64,000 nucleotides of DNA from Felis catus (Eukaryota). The notes beneath the pieces were generated by a model. That model did no database searches. It had not been told where the DNA came from and saw only the letters and a list, made by a program, of their open reading frames with translations. Shown piece after piece: positions 12,360-25,617 of this stretch. Both the position numbers and the translations under genes were made by a program. The stretch is taken from NCBI RefSeq assembly GCF_018350175.1, contig NC_058368.1, positions 19,904,001 through 19,968,000 of the forward strand, read 5' to 3'. Within the stretch, counting starts at the first letter, position 1. Each line of letters begins with the position of its first letter.

Positions 12360-13090
12360 AGTCAGAACACCGTTTACCTCTTGGGGGTTATGATCAGCGA
12401 AGGACACACAAGGTCCTTCTGAGGGGCCAACAGCACTAAATGTCTTGACATGGGTTTCTTTTTAATAGTGCACTTAGCTATACATTTATGCTTTATGTGC
12501 TTTTCTGTAGATTTCCTAATACAGAACTTTAAAAAAGAGTTAAAGTATTATAGGCAAAGAATTGAAAGGGTAGACACAGTTCCCCACCCCCACTCCAGCA
12601 TGCACACACGTGGCAACATTCATTCAGGTAGTAATTCAGTTGCTTGCAATTATATTTGTAGATGACAGCCAAAGATATTTGCAGAAGCCACTTCGTTCAG
12701 CATTGTTTATAGCAGAGGAAAAGACAGAGAAACAGGAGAAAACAACATCCAAGAAAACCTGGACACAACCTAAATGTTCCCCAAAAGTGTATGTAAAATA
12801 AATTATGGTACTGAATGAAATAAATCACTTTATTCTGGTAAGAACATATCTGAGAATACATTTAATTAAATAAGCAAGTTGCAGAACAAAACATGCATGT
12901 CTGATATGATCTTATTTGTACAAAAATGAGAGTGAATATGACTATTTCTGAAGAAGTGCAGAGGAAACTATTCACAGGAGTACCCCATACGATATGGGAA
13001 GGGTTGATCAAAAATAGGGGATTTTACCTTATACTGTTTGATTCTATTTGAATTCCTAGCCAATAACCATGTTTTTCCTTAAAAGTAAGA
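12360..13090 (+). mobile_element. Ancient L1M 3' fragments
   Basis: GCATTGTTTATAGCAG..ACAACCTAAATGTTCC..AATAAATTATGGTA and related L1 3' motifs. Confidence 0.5.
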
Positions 13091-13422
13091 AATTTAAATA
13101 AATATATTATTTCCATTTATAGCTGTAACAAATGACTTCAAACTTAAATGCCTTAAAACAACACAAATATATTCTCCTACGGTTCTGGAGGTTGGAAGAC
13201 CAAAATGAGTTTTAATTAACGAGCTAAAATCATGGTTTCGGCAAAGCAGAGTCCTTCTGGAGGTCCCAAGGGAGAATCTGTTCCTTGCCTCTTCCAGCTT
13301 CTAGAAGCTGCCATCCCTTGACTCCTGGCCACATCTCACCAATCGATCTGTGCCTCATCTCCACAGTGCTTCTCCTCTGACTCTCATCCTCCCGTCTCCC
13401 TCTTTTAAAGTTTATTTATTTT

Positions 13423-13640
13423 GGGGCGCCTGGGTGGCACGGTCAGTTAAGCGTCCGACTTCAGCCAGGTCACGATCTCGCGGTCCGTGAGTTTGAGCCC
13501 CGCGTCAGGCTCTGGGCTGATGGCTCAGAGCCTGGAGCCTGTTTCTGATTCTGTGTCTCCCTCTCTCTCTGCCCCTCCCCCGTTCATGCTATGTCTCTCT
13601 CTGTCCCAAAAATAAATAAACGTTGAAAAAAAAAAAATTT
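13423..13640 (+). mobile_element. Young Felis-type CanSINE
   Basis: Diagnostic TTCAGCCAGGTCACG / GGGCTGATGG / CCCAAAAATAAATAAACGTTG; TSD AAAGTTTATTTATTTT. Confidence 0.96.
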
Positions 13641-13838
13641 AAAGTTTATTTATTTTGAGACAGACAAGAGACAGCATGAGTGGGTGGGGGGGCAGAGAGG
13701 GAGACAGAGAATCCCAAGCAGGCTCCACACCAGCAGCACGGAGCCCGACGTGGGCTCAAACCCATGAAACCTCGAGATCATGACCTGAGCTGAGACCAAG
13801 AGCCAGATGCTTAACCAACTGAACCACCCAGGCACCCC
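13641..13838 (-). mobile_element. Older CanSINE (host of the 13423 insertion)
   Basis: Outer TSD CTCCCTCTTTTAAAG at 13396-13410 and 13841-13855. Confidence 0.92.
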
Positions 13839-14149
13839 GCCTCCCTCTTTTAAAGATCCTTATGATTATACTGGGCCCACCCCAATAAGCCAGGATAATC
13901 TCCCCATCTCAAGATCATTAACTTAATCACATCTTCAAAGTCCCTTTTACCATGTAAGTCCCCCCGCTTGGGGGCCACTGTTGAGCCTACTACAAGTATG
14001 CGCCAAATTGTTCTTGGAGGATGCTTCCAGGGCCTGAGATGTGGGGGAAGGGGAGTGGGGAAGCACTTTAACTCTTACTCTTCTGTATTATTTTAAATTC
14101 TTACATTAAATATGTACTTTTAATTAAAAATCCAATAACCCAATACACA

Positions 14150-14640
14150 TACCATATTTCATCAGCTCTAAGATGCCACTGATCATAAAACACAGAATTT
14201 TATGTATGACTAAGAAAGAATGAAAACACTAAGTTATGATATTCATTGCCACATCATGGTAGATAGTTGGCCAAAATACCCTCAGAAATCCTTCCCATCC
14301 CAGCACGTCCACCCTCTTGCAATGCGACTTGACTGCTCCTCTCGGCAAGAGGCGGAGTATTTCTCCATTCCTGACTCTGGGCGAGGCCTCGTAACTTGCT
14401 CTGGCTGATGGGACATTAGCAACTGTGACTCAGAAGCTGGGAAAGGGCTTGCACACTGGGACTGGCGCTGTCTCCTGATGCTGCCTTTCTGCCATGTGAA
14501 CAAGTCCAGGCCGGTCGACCAGCCACCAGCCATCTCCTCAAATCCTAGGCAAGGAATGACTGTTGCTGAAAGCCACTAATCCTGACGTCAGAAATACTGG
14601 AAGGTGAAAAAAACTGTAACTTCAAGACAATGAAGTATGA
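14150..14640. mobile_element. MER104-like Tc2 DNA transposon interrupted by an MLT1 LTR (about 14255-14580)
   Basis: Termini CCATATTTCATCAGCTCTAAGATGCC and ..CAATGAAGTATG; inner MLT1G/H-like motifs (GACTTTGACTGCTCCT, AACTTGCTCTGGC). Confidence 0.55.
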
Positions 14641-15062
14641 CGCTGCACTAAGTTTACTTCAGTATGATATCAGTTATTTAAGTAGGTGTCTAAGGGGTAT
14701 TTCTAGGAGGAAAGTGTACAAATTAGTAAGCTGAGTTTTTACGCCCCATTTTGACTGCCTAAAGGTTACTTTTGCTTATTTTCTGGTTTTCAGCTACATC
14801 TCATATAGTTGAAGTCACTGAATAAGTAAACGCTGGCACTATAGGGATACTGCTTTCTGCAGCAGAGTATTAGAGCAAGATAAATGATCTGGCCTGTTCA
14901 AGGGGAAAGAAACTAACAACCTCTAGAATTAAATGGTGAAAAATTATTACTTTGCCATGCAGGTAGGTACTGTGAATCATAAATTAAAAGTGACAACGCC
15001 AGCAAATATCTCTTCATTTTATCCTATAAAGTATATAATGTTATTTAAAAACTGAAAATACA

Positions 15063-15286
15063 GGGGCGCCTGGGTGGCGCAGTCGGTTAAGCGTCCGACT
15101 TCAGCCAGGTCACGATCTCGCGGTCCGTGAGTTTGAGTCCCGTGTCGGGCTCTGGGCTGATGGCTCAGAGCCTGGAGCCTGTTTCCAATTCTGTGTCTCC
15201 CTCTCTCTCTGCCCCTCCCCCGTTCATGCTGTCTCTCTCTGTCCCAAAAAATAAATAAATGTTGAAAAAAAACAAATTAAAAAAAA
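15063..15286 (+). mobile_element. Young Felis-type CanSINE
   Basis: TSD AAAAACTGAAAATACA (15047-15062 and 15287-15302). Confidence 0.96.
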
Positions 15287-15486
15287 AAAAACTGAAAATA
15301 CAGTGGCACCATGGGAGTTCTAGCATTTATTACACTTGTTAGTTTTTAATCAAAATGATTCCAAATACAAAAAAGGTTCAAGTCACTTCCCACTACAATA
15401 CTGCATTTGTAAGCACACTGTGGCCTTCTTGGTTCATATCCCACAGATATAAACACGATATATTTCGTTAAAAAACAAAAAGCCCT

Positions 15487-15709
15487 GGGGCGCCTGGGTG
15501 GCTCAGTCAGTTGAGCGTCCAACTTCGGCTCAGGTCATGATTTCATGGTCCGTGAGTTCCAGCCCCGCGTCGGGCTCTGGGCTGATGGCTCAGAGCCTGG
15601 AGCCTGTTTCAGATTCTGTGTCTCCCTCTCTCTCTGCCCCTCCCCCGTTCATGCTCTGTCTCTCTCTGTCTCAAAAATAAATAAACGTTAAAAAAAATTT
15701 AAAAAAAAA
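15487..15709 (+). mobile_element. CanSINE
   Basis: Full length; TSD AAAAAGCCC. Confidence 0.95.
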
Positions 15710-17579
15710 AAAAAGCCCCAAAACAACAGTGCTATAATCAAGGGTGAATTTATCCGCTTTAAAATCCAGTTGCTGGGTTATTACAATAGCCACCATTTAT
15801 GGAGTGGCTGTTTCCCAAATAACTAGTTTTAATAATACCTGATCTGGGTGCATCCCTGAAGGTAAACGAGCACAGAAAGAACAGCTTTACCCCCAGGCAA
15901 TTTCTTCACCACAGATACAAACAGTTATATAAATTCTTGGATTATTGATTTACTGCACAGTTACTGAGTGCCAGACGCTGTGCTTAAGGGTAAGGACACA
16001 AAACACCCCACCAAAAAACTAAAAACTAAAATTCAAAAACCTGAACTTTGAACTGGAGGTATCAGCTGAATTAAAGCGTTTTCTCACATCTAGAAACTCC
16101 TACCGCGTGCCAAGAGCTTTATGTACGACTCCTTCCGTCCTTCCATCCTCACAAACATGACACATTTTAAAAATGACTTCCACCCCTCTGAGAGAATAGG
16201 CTAGTCAATGGAGGAGTTGGGATTTCATCCAGACAGGTCTATCTGGCTTTCTTTACCACCCAATACCATCTTTCGCTGTCTCTGCTTTGTGCTTTTTGAT
16301 TGCAAGTGGGAAGAGAAGAGTAAAGGTTTAAAAGTTTAGGAGGAGGAAAGTTAAAAGGAGGAAAGACAAGAGCAAGCTCACGGAGTAGCAACAAGGAAAA
16401 AAAGGCATCCATTTGGAAGCGACTTACCGTGATAAGATGTTGAGAAAGCCCTCTTCCCGGTCCCTTGTAAGACATGTAATTATTAGTCCCCAAAGAAAAC
16501 ATTTAAAATGTCTCCTGCACCTCATGTTTGCTCTCTCAGATGCACCAGATATCCCAGCATCCTCTTAATTGTCCAGCATGGGGTCACCATCCATGCCTTC
16601 AACTATTCTGAACTTTGTGAAGTATATTTCTCTAGCAGGCTCTGGGTAATGAGTCCCACAGTATACACAAAAGTAACGCTTTTTCACTTACACCACAATT
16701 ATTTCCTTGTCATTCTAAATTTCCGACTTGGTGCCCTTTAGCTTTAATAACACATATTTGGTGAAAACTCTCCATGTTTGTACAATCCACATCCACCGTG
16801 ATTCTCTTGTTATTCAACACTGAACTTCCACTTTTCAAGGATGGATCCTTAAATAACAAAACTAGCATCTACTGAATGTTTACTGCATTTCAGACTCTTT
16901 ACTAAGTCTGTATATGAATTATATCCCTTAATAAAACCCTTTGAAATAAATTCTAAATTCTATTACCATGCCCAATCAGCACGTATGAAAACAGAGGTCC
17001 AGGTAATAGAGAGCCTGTACGTTAATTACACACTAGCAGAGCTAGTACATGGTGACAGTGAACCCACGTCTGACTCCAGTGCCCATACTCCCAACCAATG
17101 TGCTATCCTTATGTGGATGGACAACGGCCAACCCCAAATCCAGAATCCACTCCCCTTTAGAAACTTGGTTAGCGTCCATCTCTTTCTGAGATCTTCCCCG
17201 ACTAACAGGCCTCACTGCAAGCCTCCCCAGCAGCTTCTCTGATCACACTGCTCATCATCCTCCCTTTTCATTCCACCCATTTTCCCTGGGTTCTTGCATC
17301 CATTCCCAAGGCTTCAACAACCCCCATTTTTTAGCCTAGGAAACTGAGCCTTAAGTAACTTATCTGCGACCATACAGCTAAGAAATGGGAGAGCAGACTC
17401 AAATGTGACACCAGTCCTCGCTCTAACCCCTACACAGTGCTGCCTCCCCAAGCGTAACCTTCCCCAGTAAGCCTGCGGTCCTTCAGTGTGCCCACTGCCA
17501 GTGCTTCAGCTCAGGCACCAGCGTCATTTAGTTTAACCTTTAACTAGACCTCCCACTTCATGGCCCTGTTTCTCTCCCC

Positions 17580-17762
17580 AACTGTTCCACAGAAGTTTCT
17601 GTGAGGACAGAAACATTCAATAATCTGCCACATGTGGTTTCTGAGGATCTGAAATGCAGCTAGTGCCACGAAGAAAGTTTTCATTTTAATTAATTTAAAT
17701 TTAAATTTAAATTTAAATAGTCACATATGGATAGTGCCTACCATATTGGAAAGCACAGCTCT
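17580..17762. mobile_element. MER3-like hAT-Charlie element
   Basis: GCCACATGTGG ... TTAATTAATTTAAATTTAAAT..AGTCACATATGG..CTACCATATTGGAAAGCACAG. Confidence 0.7.
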
Positions 17763-18259
17763 AAAGGGTCCTCAAGTCTCTCCTGTTCCCAAACCTTGAC
17801 GTTCATAAGGCTCAGCCACATTTCCTCCACCCCTGCGTTCCAGGAAGTTTTCTGCCAGCTCATAATAGACTCCCCTTTGCTTAGGCTTTGGGTGTATCTC
17901 TGTTTCATAGCTAAAAGTCAAGACTTACGTGATTCCTAGCTACTAAAAGAGTCCCTCCATGTGAATTTTTGTTTGACAGAGGGATTGTTTCATTATAGGG
18001 ATATGTTCTTCAACATACTCAGGGAAGACACTTTCAGTGGAGGATGTGAAACAGAAACCTGAGAGGACAAAATGACAACAGGAAGGAGGCAACCCTAATA
18101 CAGCTGCCTTTTCTAACTGGAAACCTCATCAATACACATTATCAATTGGTGTGCATTATTTTCCAAAGAAATTAGTATTTAGAACACAAAGGGCAGACTC
18201 CAGCCCAGGTCAATATTTTGCTTGCTCTGTAGAGTTTGTAAAAACAGTTTTCTCACTAA

Positions 18260-18390
18260 CTTTATTATTTATTTATTTATTTAATTTTGAGAGAGAGTGT
18301 GTGCGTGCCATGTGTTCCGTGAACGAGGGAAGGGCACGGAGAGAGGGACAGAGAGAGAATCCCAAGCAGGATCCTCGCTCAGCACCCCTG
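18260..18390 (-). mobile_element. CanSINE fragment
   Basis: T-rich tail, GA tract, GAATCCCAAGCAGG; head mostly missing. Confidence 0.8.
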
Positions 18391-18417
18391 CATGAACTTT
18401 AGAAACTGAAAGATGGC

Positions 18418-18590
18418 AGGGCACCTGGGTGGCTCAGTCGGTTAAGTGTCCAACTCTTGACTTCAGCTCAGGTCATGATCTCGCAGTTTGTGGGATCGAG
18501 CCCCACGTCGAGCTCCACTCAGCGAGGAGCCTGCTTGGGATTCTCTCTTTCCCACTCTTCCAAAATAAAGAAATTAATTTTTTAAAAAAA
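18418..18590 (+). mobile_element. Older CanSINE
   Basis: Head and tail visible; TSD AAAGATG(G/T)CA. Confidence 0.88.
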
Positions 18591-19709
18591 TTAAAGATGT
18601 CACAAAAAAATCCGGGTTTGCAGTACTTCCTGAAGAATCCAAGGATCTGGAGACACGGGGCCTGAATTCCCACATGGCAAACATTTGCTGGATCTGAGAA
18701 GGTGCCGTCCTCTTTCAGGAGGCTAGCACTCCTCACAACCCCCGCCACACCCTCTTGTATCACTGACGCGGAGGCCCGATCTACTTACAACTAATTATTC
18801 TCAAAGCATGCTGCTTCCCTCATTTATGTTACATGCCTTGTGCCTATGGCCATGGGACTTGGTGGCCCCTCACGGAGCTTTACAAAAGTATTTTCATCCC
18901 CATTATTTCATTTAATTCTCACCACAGTCTTATGAAGAAGGCAGCATTATTCTCCCTGTTTTATAAATTAAGAAGCTGACCCTGAGACAAATGAAGTCTA
19001 AGTGAGAAAAGCATAGTTTCAAGTTAGGCCCTGTAAGTCCTTCTCTCACCCTCTTTATACCATAAGACGTTGCTTGACTGTAGCCCACAAACGATTCCAT
19101 AATTTAAACTGTGGGGAAATTATGTATATTACAATGTAAAGAAAACATCCTTCGATATCTTGCTCAGAATGTCAGTGAGAAAACGTGGGCAGGTTTGATG
19201 ACTTGGTTGTTGTAATAAGCCCAACATAAAAGCCATGAGTGTCCCGAGAGAGGTGCTTCCCAACCCCTTACGGCACCCTGACACCTAAAGGTTTTCCCAG
19301 CCAGAAGCACACAGCCCAGGTAGTCCAACTACCCCAGACCCTCCCGGGCAGCCCTGGGAGCCGAAGACATCACTACCTCACCACACCTACAATTAAACCC
19401 CACAAGGGTACTTCTGCACCAGATATTCTGAATATAAATATTAACAGAAAACATACTTACTACACATTTAGAAAACATACAATGGTTCAGCATTTACAAA
19501 TTCTGCCAGCAGTTTGGTATCTGGCATCTAAATGAGAAGAGCAAATGGATGGTTTCAAATGGTTCTAAGAGGCTGTCAAGAATTGGCAAACTTTCTAATA
19601 CTTCAGATTAATTGACGAACTTCATGGTGGTCCATGGCCAAAGCACTCATACATTAATCATCAAAGTCCCAGGCCTATATTCATTCGCTTCAGAAACACA
19701 GGTCCCCAC

Positions 19710-19808
19710 GCCTGGCTGGCTACATCGGTAGAGCATGCGACTCTTGATCTCGAGGTTGTGAGTTCAAGCCTCATGTTGGGTACAGATTACTTACAAATAA
19801 AAGATCTT

Positions 19809-19810
<2 letters not shown>
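19710..19810 (+). mobile_element. Short tRNA-Lys-like SINE
   Basis: GGTAGAGCATGCGACTCTTGATCTCGAGGTTGTGAGTTCAAGCC; TSD ACACAGGTCCCCAC (19696-19709 and 19935-19948). Confidence 0.85.
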
Positions 19811-19874
<64 letters not shown>

Positions 19875-19917
19875 GAAGGAAGGAAGGAAGGAAGGAAGGA
19901 AGGAAGGAAGGAAGGAA
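19810..19917. repeat. Compound tetranucleotide STR (GAAA)16(GGAA)11
   Basis: Counted directly; lies in the SINE tail. Confidence 0.95.
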
Positions 19918-20234
19918 GAAAAACACATACACACACACAGGTCCCCACATATAAAGATTTAGATTACAGCATTCAGGCCAATCTGGGAATCTATCCCAAG
20001 AGGCAAAGGCAGTCCTGTAATATTAACAGGAAGGACAGAGTTGGGGGGAGGGGAAGAGTTCAAATCAGCTTTGCAGGCTACAAAATTCAAATGGAACCTA
20101 TCTGGAGACCAAGCTATTCCCAAGCTTAAAGCCAACATTAGTCAAAGCAGTATAGGATAGCTCCCCTAGCCAAGGGCCTCCTATGAGCAATCATCTCCCC
20201 ATATCCAATTTTGTTAAAGTACTGAAAACAAACA

Positions 20235-20446
20235 CCCTATCCTCCCTTGCAGTTAAGTGGTCTTGTGATAGAGTTATGAGCAGATGCCAAGTTGAAAGCC
20301 AAAGAGCCATCTTGAGCCATGAGGCCACTATAGGGAAGAAAGCCACATACTGGAGATGGCAGAGCAAGAAGGCATAAGGACCACCTATCTCCGGATGTTT
20401 TGTTATATGAGAAAAATAAGCCTGTACTGGGTGAGGCCTAACTGAT
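20235..20446 (+). mobile_element. MLT1 LTR fragment
   Basis: CTCCCTTGCAGTTA, GCCATCTTGAGCCATGAGG, GAGAAAAATAAGCC. Confidence 0.55.
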
Positions 20447-20579
20447 AAAGGCCCCATGCAGCGTAAAAGGCCTTCCTCATTCACAGACCCTGCTGTCCAT
20501 CAATAAATGTGCAGCCCTTTGACAGAAGTCAAAGTTGTATCTATAATGTTGTTTGTTTGGGGTCAACAAGTCTTTTTTT

Positions 20580-21520
20580 TTTTTAGTGTGAAAAGATTAA
20601 CACAGTAAGTTTAGTTAACATCCAACATCTTACATAGATACCAAAAAAAAAAAAAAAAGTTTTTTTTTTCCTTGTGATGAGAACTCTTAGGATTTCCTCT
20701 TTTAACAACTTTCACATATACCAGTCACTGTAACCAGTCAATTACAGTCATCGTGCTGTGCATTATATCCCTAGGACTTATTGTCTTATAACTGCAAGTT
20801 TAGACCTTTTGACCACCTTCCTCCAATTTCCCCTCTCCCTACCCCGTGCCTCTGATAACCAGAAACCTGATCCCTTTTTCTATGAGTTCATTTTTTTTTT
20901 CTGGATTCTACATGTAAGTGATACCATACAGTATTTTCTTTCTCTGACTTACTCACTTAGCATGATGCCATCAAAGCCCATCCGTGTTGTCACAAACGGC
21001 AGATGTCCTTTTTCATGGCTGAGTAATATTCTACTGTATATAAACACCTTCTTTATTCATCCATTGGTGAACACTTAGGTTGTTTCTGTAACTTGGCTAT
21101 TGTAAATAATGCTGTGATGAATATGGGGGTGCGGGTACCTTTTCAACATAGTATTTTTGTTTGCTTTGGATATGTTCCCGGAAGTGCAATTGCTAAATTA
21201 TATGGTAGTACAATTTTTAGTTTTTTGAGGAAACCGCCATCCTGTTTTCCACAGTGGCTGCACCAATTTACAATTCTACCAACGGAGCACAAGGGTTTCA
21301 TTTTCTCCTTATTCTTGCCAAGCATTCATTATCTTTTGTCTTTTTGATGATGGCCATTCTAACAGGCATACGGTAATATCTCAATACATTTTTGATCTGC
21401 ATTTCCCTGATGATTAGTGATGTTGGGCAACTTTTCATGCACCTGTGAGCCATTCACATATCTTCTTTGGAATAACGTCTCTTCAGGTCCTTCGTCCATT
21501 TTTTAATTGGGTGATTTCTT
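20580..21520 (-). mobile_element. L1 3' end (L1MA9/carnivore-type)
   Basis: GTGATGAGAACTCTTAGGAT.., TCTCTGACTTACTCACTTAGCAT, TTTGATCTGCATTTCCCTGATGATTAGTGATGTT. Confidence 0.85.
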
Positions 21521-21839
21521 CACACCTACAATTTTGGCATATTTTGGAATACCAACACTCAGAGCGGTAAAGAAGGGCATCATAAGGATGTAAAAGGACA
21601 TCTACCCTCTTTTCTTCTTAATTTGTGTTATCATGTGTTGACTAGTTAGTTGATTTGCTAGCTTCTCCTCTGAAAAACCAAATTCAGCCTTTTGTGATCT
21701 CCATGGAGGCTGGTCCCTCTACCCCCCTACTGAGGCCTCTGAGAGGTGGCGTAGCACACTGAGGCTAAACGGAAGGGTTGGAGAGTTCCACGATGCAAGG
21801 ACACATCCTCACCCTGCCTCTTCCTGGCAGCAACTGTTC

Positions 21840-21985
21840 CCTCCTCTCTCAAATGAGAGTAAAATACCAGCTTCATAAAATCACCTTGAGGACTAAACAA
21901 GAAAAGGCACATACAGGGCTTAACACAGTGCCTGGCACATGGCATGGACTCAATGAATGTCAGCTATTACTAACTACTATTAATA
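21840..21985 (+). mobile_element. MIR fragment
   Basis: GGGCTTAACACAGTGCCTGGCACAT..CTCAATGAATGTCAGCTATTA. Confidence 0.6.
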
Positions 21986-22579
21986 TTCTTGAGGCTTTCC
22001 AGCCTTCTCCCTGAAATGGAATACATACTGTGCCCATATGTGCTTAATGTCATTTTTCAAATTTCAGTTTGTTAAAAATATAATGAAATATGTATGTAAG
22101 TTCATCCATCAGGGGGGAAAAAAAACTTTCCTTTAGCATGTGTTTCGATTTGGCGTTTAGAAAATATGGTTACCATATGGGGTCTGCTCACTGGCGCTAA
22201 AATTTGTCACTATAATAATGGCTTTTGCTCAGCAAACATTCATAGTGAGTACCTACCCATTCTCCACCTTATATCCACTACAAGAAAATAGCAGTCAACA
22301 TGTCGAATCAGCAAAGGAAGCAATGAGGAGAAAACGGTGCCAGGTGCTATATGAGCAGATTTCAAAGAAAGTCAGGCAATGAAGATCATGAGAAAAGCAC
22401 GTCGGTGTTCCTTATTCTGCTGCTACTAGAGCAACTACCAACACCACACCAAGCTACAAGGGCATGATCTCACCTTACGCCCACAATGCTCCAGCAGCGG
22501 GCACTTGCTGGATTGCGAGCTTTCCATCTCTTATCTGACGCCTGCCCTTTCCCCTCCCCCCTCCACAGGCTGAAGCAGT

Positions 22580-23020
22580 GATGGCCATAACCTGCAACAG
22601 GAGCCCACGTGTGGTCACAGTCCCAAAGGGCACAGTCTACCATGGCTGGACCAGTAAGTCCCTCCCCAAGGAACCCTGGAACCGGAACTGGCGGCCTGAC
22701 CTCAATCCCTCTCTCCTTGCTTACCTACACTAGAACGTGTTCGCTGCTGCGGGAGCAGATGGCAGCCATATTCTGCCATGTGACTAAGCAAGAAATAGAG
22801 ACAGCCAGCGTAAGCAAGAGAGAAGAATGGAGCAGACAATGAGAAACTCAGGAGCAACAGGGAGAAAAGACTTCCTGGTTCTCCATAAGCTCCAGTCTTT
22901 AGTTCTATTCCTGGAGTCCAAATGCCTCCCTGTCCTCAGATTCTGCAAGATACTTGAGCCTTCTGCCAGGAAACTCCAGAGCTGGTTTCTGTTCACATGA
23001 CCAAAGCAACCGAAGAGACT
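22580..23020 (+). mobile_element. ERVL-type LTR (LTR33-like)
   Basis: GGCAGCCATATTCTGCCATGTG, purine-rich middle, GCTGGTTTCTGTTC near the end. Confidence 0.5.
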
Positions 23021-25079
23021 GTACCATTATCTATCACCAGAAGACGACTGGTTTCCAGAGTGGTTCCCTCCCTCACCGTGAACCGACACACAACAGAAAC
23101 GTCTACTGCTCCAATTCTGCCTACTGTGTTCTAAGTTCTGAGCAGAGGCCTTGAAAAACAACATGGTGCTGAGGATCCCAGAGCAGAAGATAAATAGATA
23201 AATAATTTTAATGCATGTTAGGAGGTGTTTTAACAAATACACAAAGAGTGTGCTGAGGGAATACAGCTATCAGATCAGGCGGAGGAGGAGGGGAAGCCAC
23301 ATGCAAACACTGCTAATCGCCAGAGCAGTTCTACGAGTGAAGTTTACAGCTGCGAAAGCAGAAATGCCCAAAGAGATCCATATCAGGGCACATGTCAGAG
23401 AGAGCATGTGCAAATCCTATCAGCTTTCCTTTCACAAAATCATAAGACCCACAAGTGGGAAGGAGTTTCATTTTTCTCAGGCTAGCCTTCTGAATTTCAC
23501 AATTGCGTGCACTATCACCTTAAAAACAAGTTTAATTGTTTTTTAAATGTAACTGCCAGCATCTAGCTATTTTTACCTGCTATTTTTCGTTCAAATATTC
23601 AGAACTTCAGTTATGGTATGGATTAATTAGTACCCACAGGAAATGAACTATCAAATAAGCAACCTTTTCTTTTTTAACCTTAAAACCTTGTCTCTACGAT
23701 GATTATTAAATTCTCAAATTGTGGCAATCTCCTAGCTAAATTACATTTCAAATAACTAAATGCCATTTTGATCCCAATCTCTCTGCAAATCCATCCAGGA
23801 TTCATCACCAGCTTTAGCCTCACTTTTCCACATAATATGGGCATGGACTAGTAGGCAAGAAAAGCAGAAAAGAGATCAATTTTTGTAAGTAAAAGTTTTG
23901 TAAAAGTAGAAATAAGCAATGCTGGGCCCTGAAAATCCTGACTACGACAGCATATTCAAAAGGACAAACTTAATATTTGTGCTATGTAAAAACTGTGCAA
24001 TGCTTCAAGTTTTCAAGCTCAAGTTCAGTCCTTCAGGCTCAAGAATGGAATTTCCCAGTAATTACTTAGTGGTAGGGCATAAACACACCCCTATTTCAAA
24101 ACATAAAAATGTCAGTTATAGTCAAAGACACAAAAGGACCATCCTAGTTCCAATGGATCACTGGAAGCTACTCAAAGTAATCTCAAGAAACTAATTTTTT
24201 GTTCACTTATCAACAAATCAACAACTTAAAGAGCATGTATAGACCTTCTGAGTTCAGTACTGATACTGATCTATCCCTCCAGATGTATGCACCTCTTAAA
24301 GATTCATTTAAGAATTTTAAATTATTAAAGAGTAGAGTAAGTAGTATAGCAAGGCAGCAGGACACAAGGTTAATATACAACAGTCAAATGCTTTATTATA
24401 CACCAGAAATGAACAAGCGGAACCTGAAATTAAAAACACAGTACCATTTACACTAGTACTGTCAAAAATGAAATACTTAGGTATAAATCTAGCAAAATAT
24501 ATTCAAGAACTATATGAGGAAAACTACCAAATTCTGATGAATGAAATCAAAGAATAACTAAATAAATGAGGTGACATTCCACATTCATGGATAGGAAGAC
24601 TCAATAGTATCAATATTCCCAACTTGATATATATTTTCAATGCAATCCAAATCCCAGTAAGTTATTTTATGGATATTGACAAACCGATTCTAAAGTTTAG
24701 ATGGAGAGGCAAAGGGCCCAGGGTAGTGAACACAATACTGGAAGACAAGAACCAAGTTAGAGGATTGATGCTATCAGACTTCAGGACTTACTATAAAGCT
24801 ACAGTAATCAAAGTGGTGTCGTATGGGTAGAAGAACAGATAAATTGATCAATGTAACAGAATACAGAACCCAGACACAGACACTCCACAAATACCATCAA
24901 CTGATCTTTGACAAAGGAGCAAAGGCAATATAAGGGGGCGAAGATAGCCTCTTCAACAATGGTGCTCAGAAGACTGGCATCCACATACATGCAAAAGAAT
25001 GAATCTAGAGAGAAGATTCACAAAAGTTAGTTCGAAATGGATCATAGACCCAAATGTAAAATGCAAAACTAGAAAACTC

Positions 25080-25576
25080 TGTTCTGACAGTCCTGAGCCT
25101 CCGTTAAGAAGGCCTGCAGCGTATGCATCACTCATGGTGAACTCCACAGACACTTCCCCCAATAGGGCACCTACTCATGGCCTGCGGGCCAGCTCTTGAG
25201 TTCTTATTACAATTAGAAACTACATTTCTGCAATAAACCATTACGGAACTTTGAGGAACAAGATTTATTACTCACAGATTCTGGAGGGTACACGGCATTC
25301 CAGAGGGCCACAGTGAGGTCACACATAGAGAAAGAGAGAGAGAGATCGGACCCAGACTCTGCCTTTGTCCAAGAGTGATATCTAGGGCTTCATGGGTTCA
25401 TTCTTTACTGGCTAAGTTAAAACATGAGAGCAAGGGGCACGTGAGTGGCTCAGGCTGTTGAGCAGCAGACTTCAGCTCAGGTCACGATCTCACAGTTTAT
25501 GAGTTCGAGCTCCACATCGGGCTCCCTGCTGTCAGTGTGGAACCCACTTCCAACCCTCTGTCTCCCCCTCTCTCTG

Positions 25577-25617
<41 letters not shown>

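Larger units (their letters stand above)
13105..13994 (-). mobile_element. MLT1C/D-like LTR containing nested SINEs
   Basis: CTTAAAACAACACAAAT..GTTCTGGAGG..GGGAGAATCTGTTCCTTGCCTCTTCCAGCTTCTAG ... GGATAATCTCCCCATCTCAAGATC..GCCTACTACA. Confidence 0.8.
18185..18870. mobile_element. MER102-like hAT element interrupted by SINEs
   Basis: AAAATCCGGGTTT..GATCTGG..ATTCCCACATGGCAA ... CATTTATGTTACATGCCT..CCCCT. Confidence 0.55.

Noticed and set aside
19758..20129. 123-aa ORF with KERK/KEGR repeats
   Set aside because: It is the translation of the (GAAA)n(GGAA)n microsatellite.
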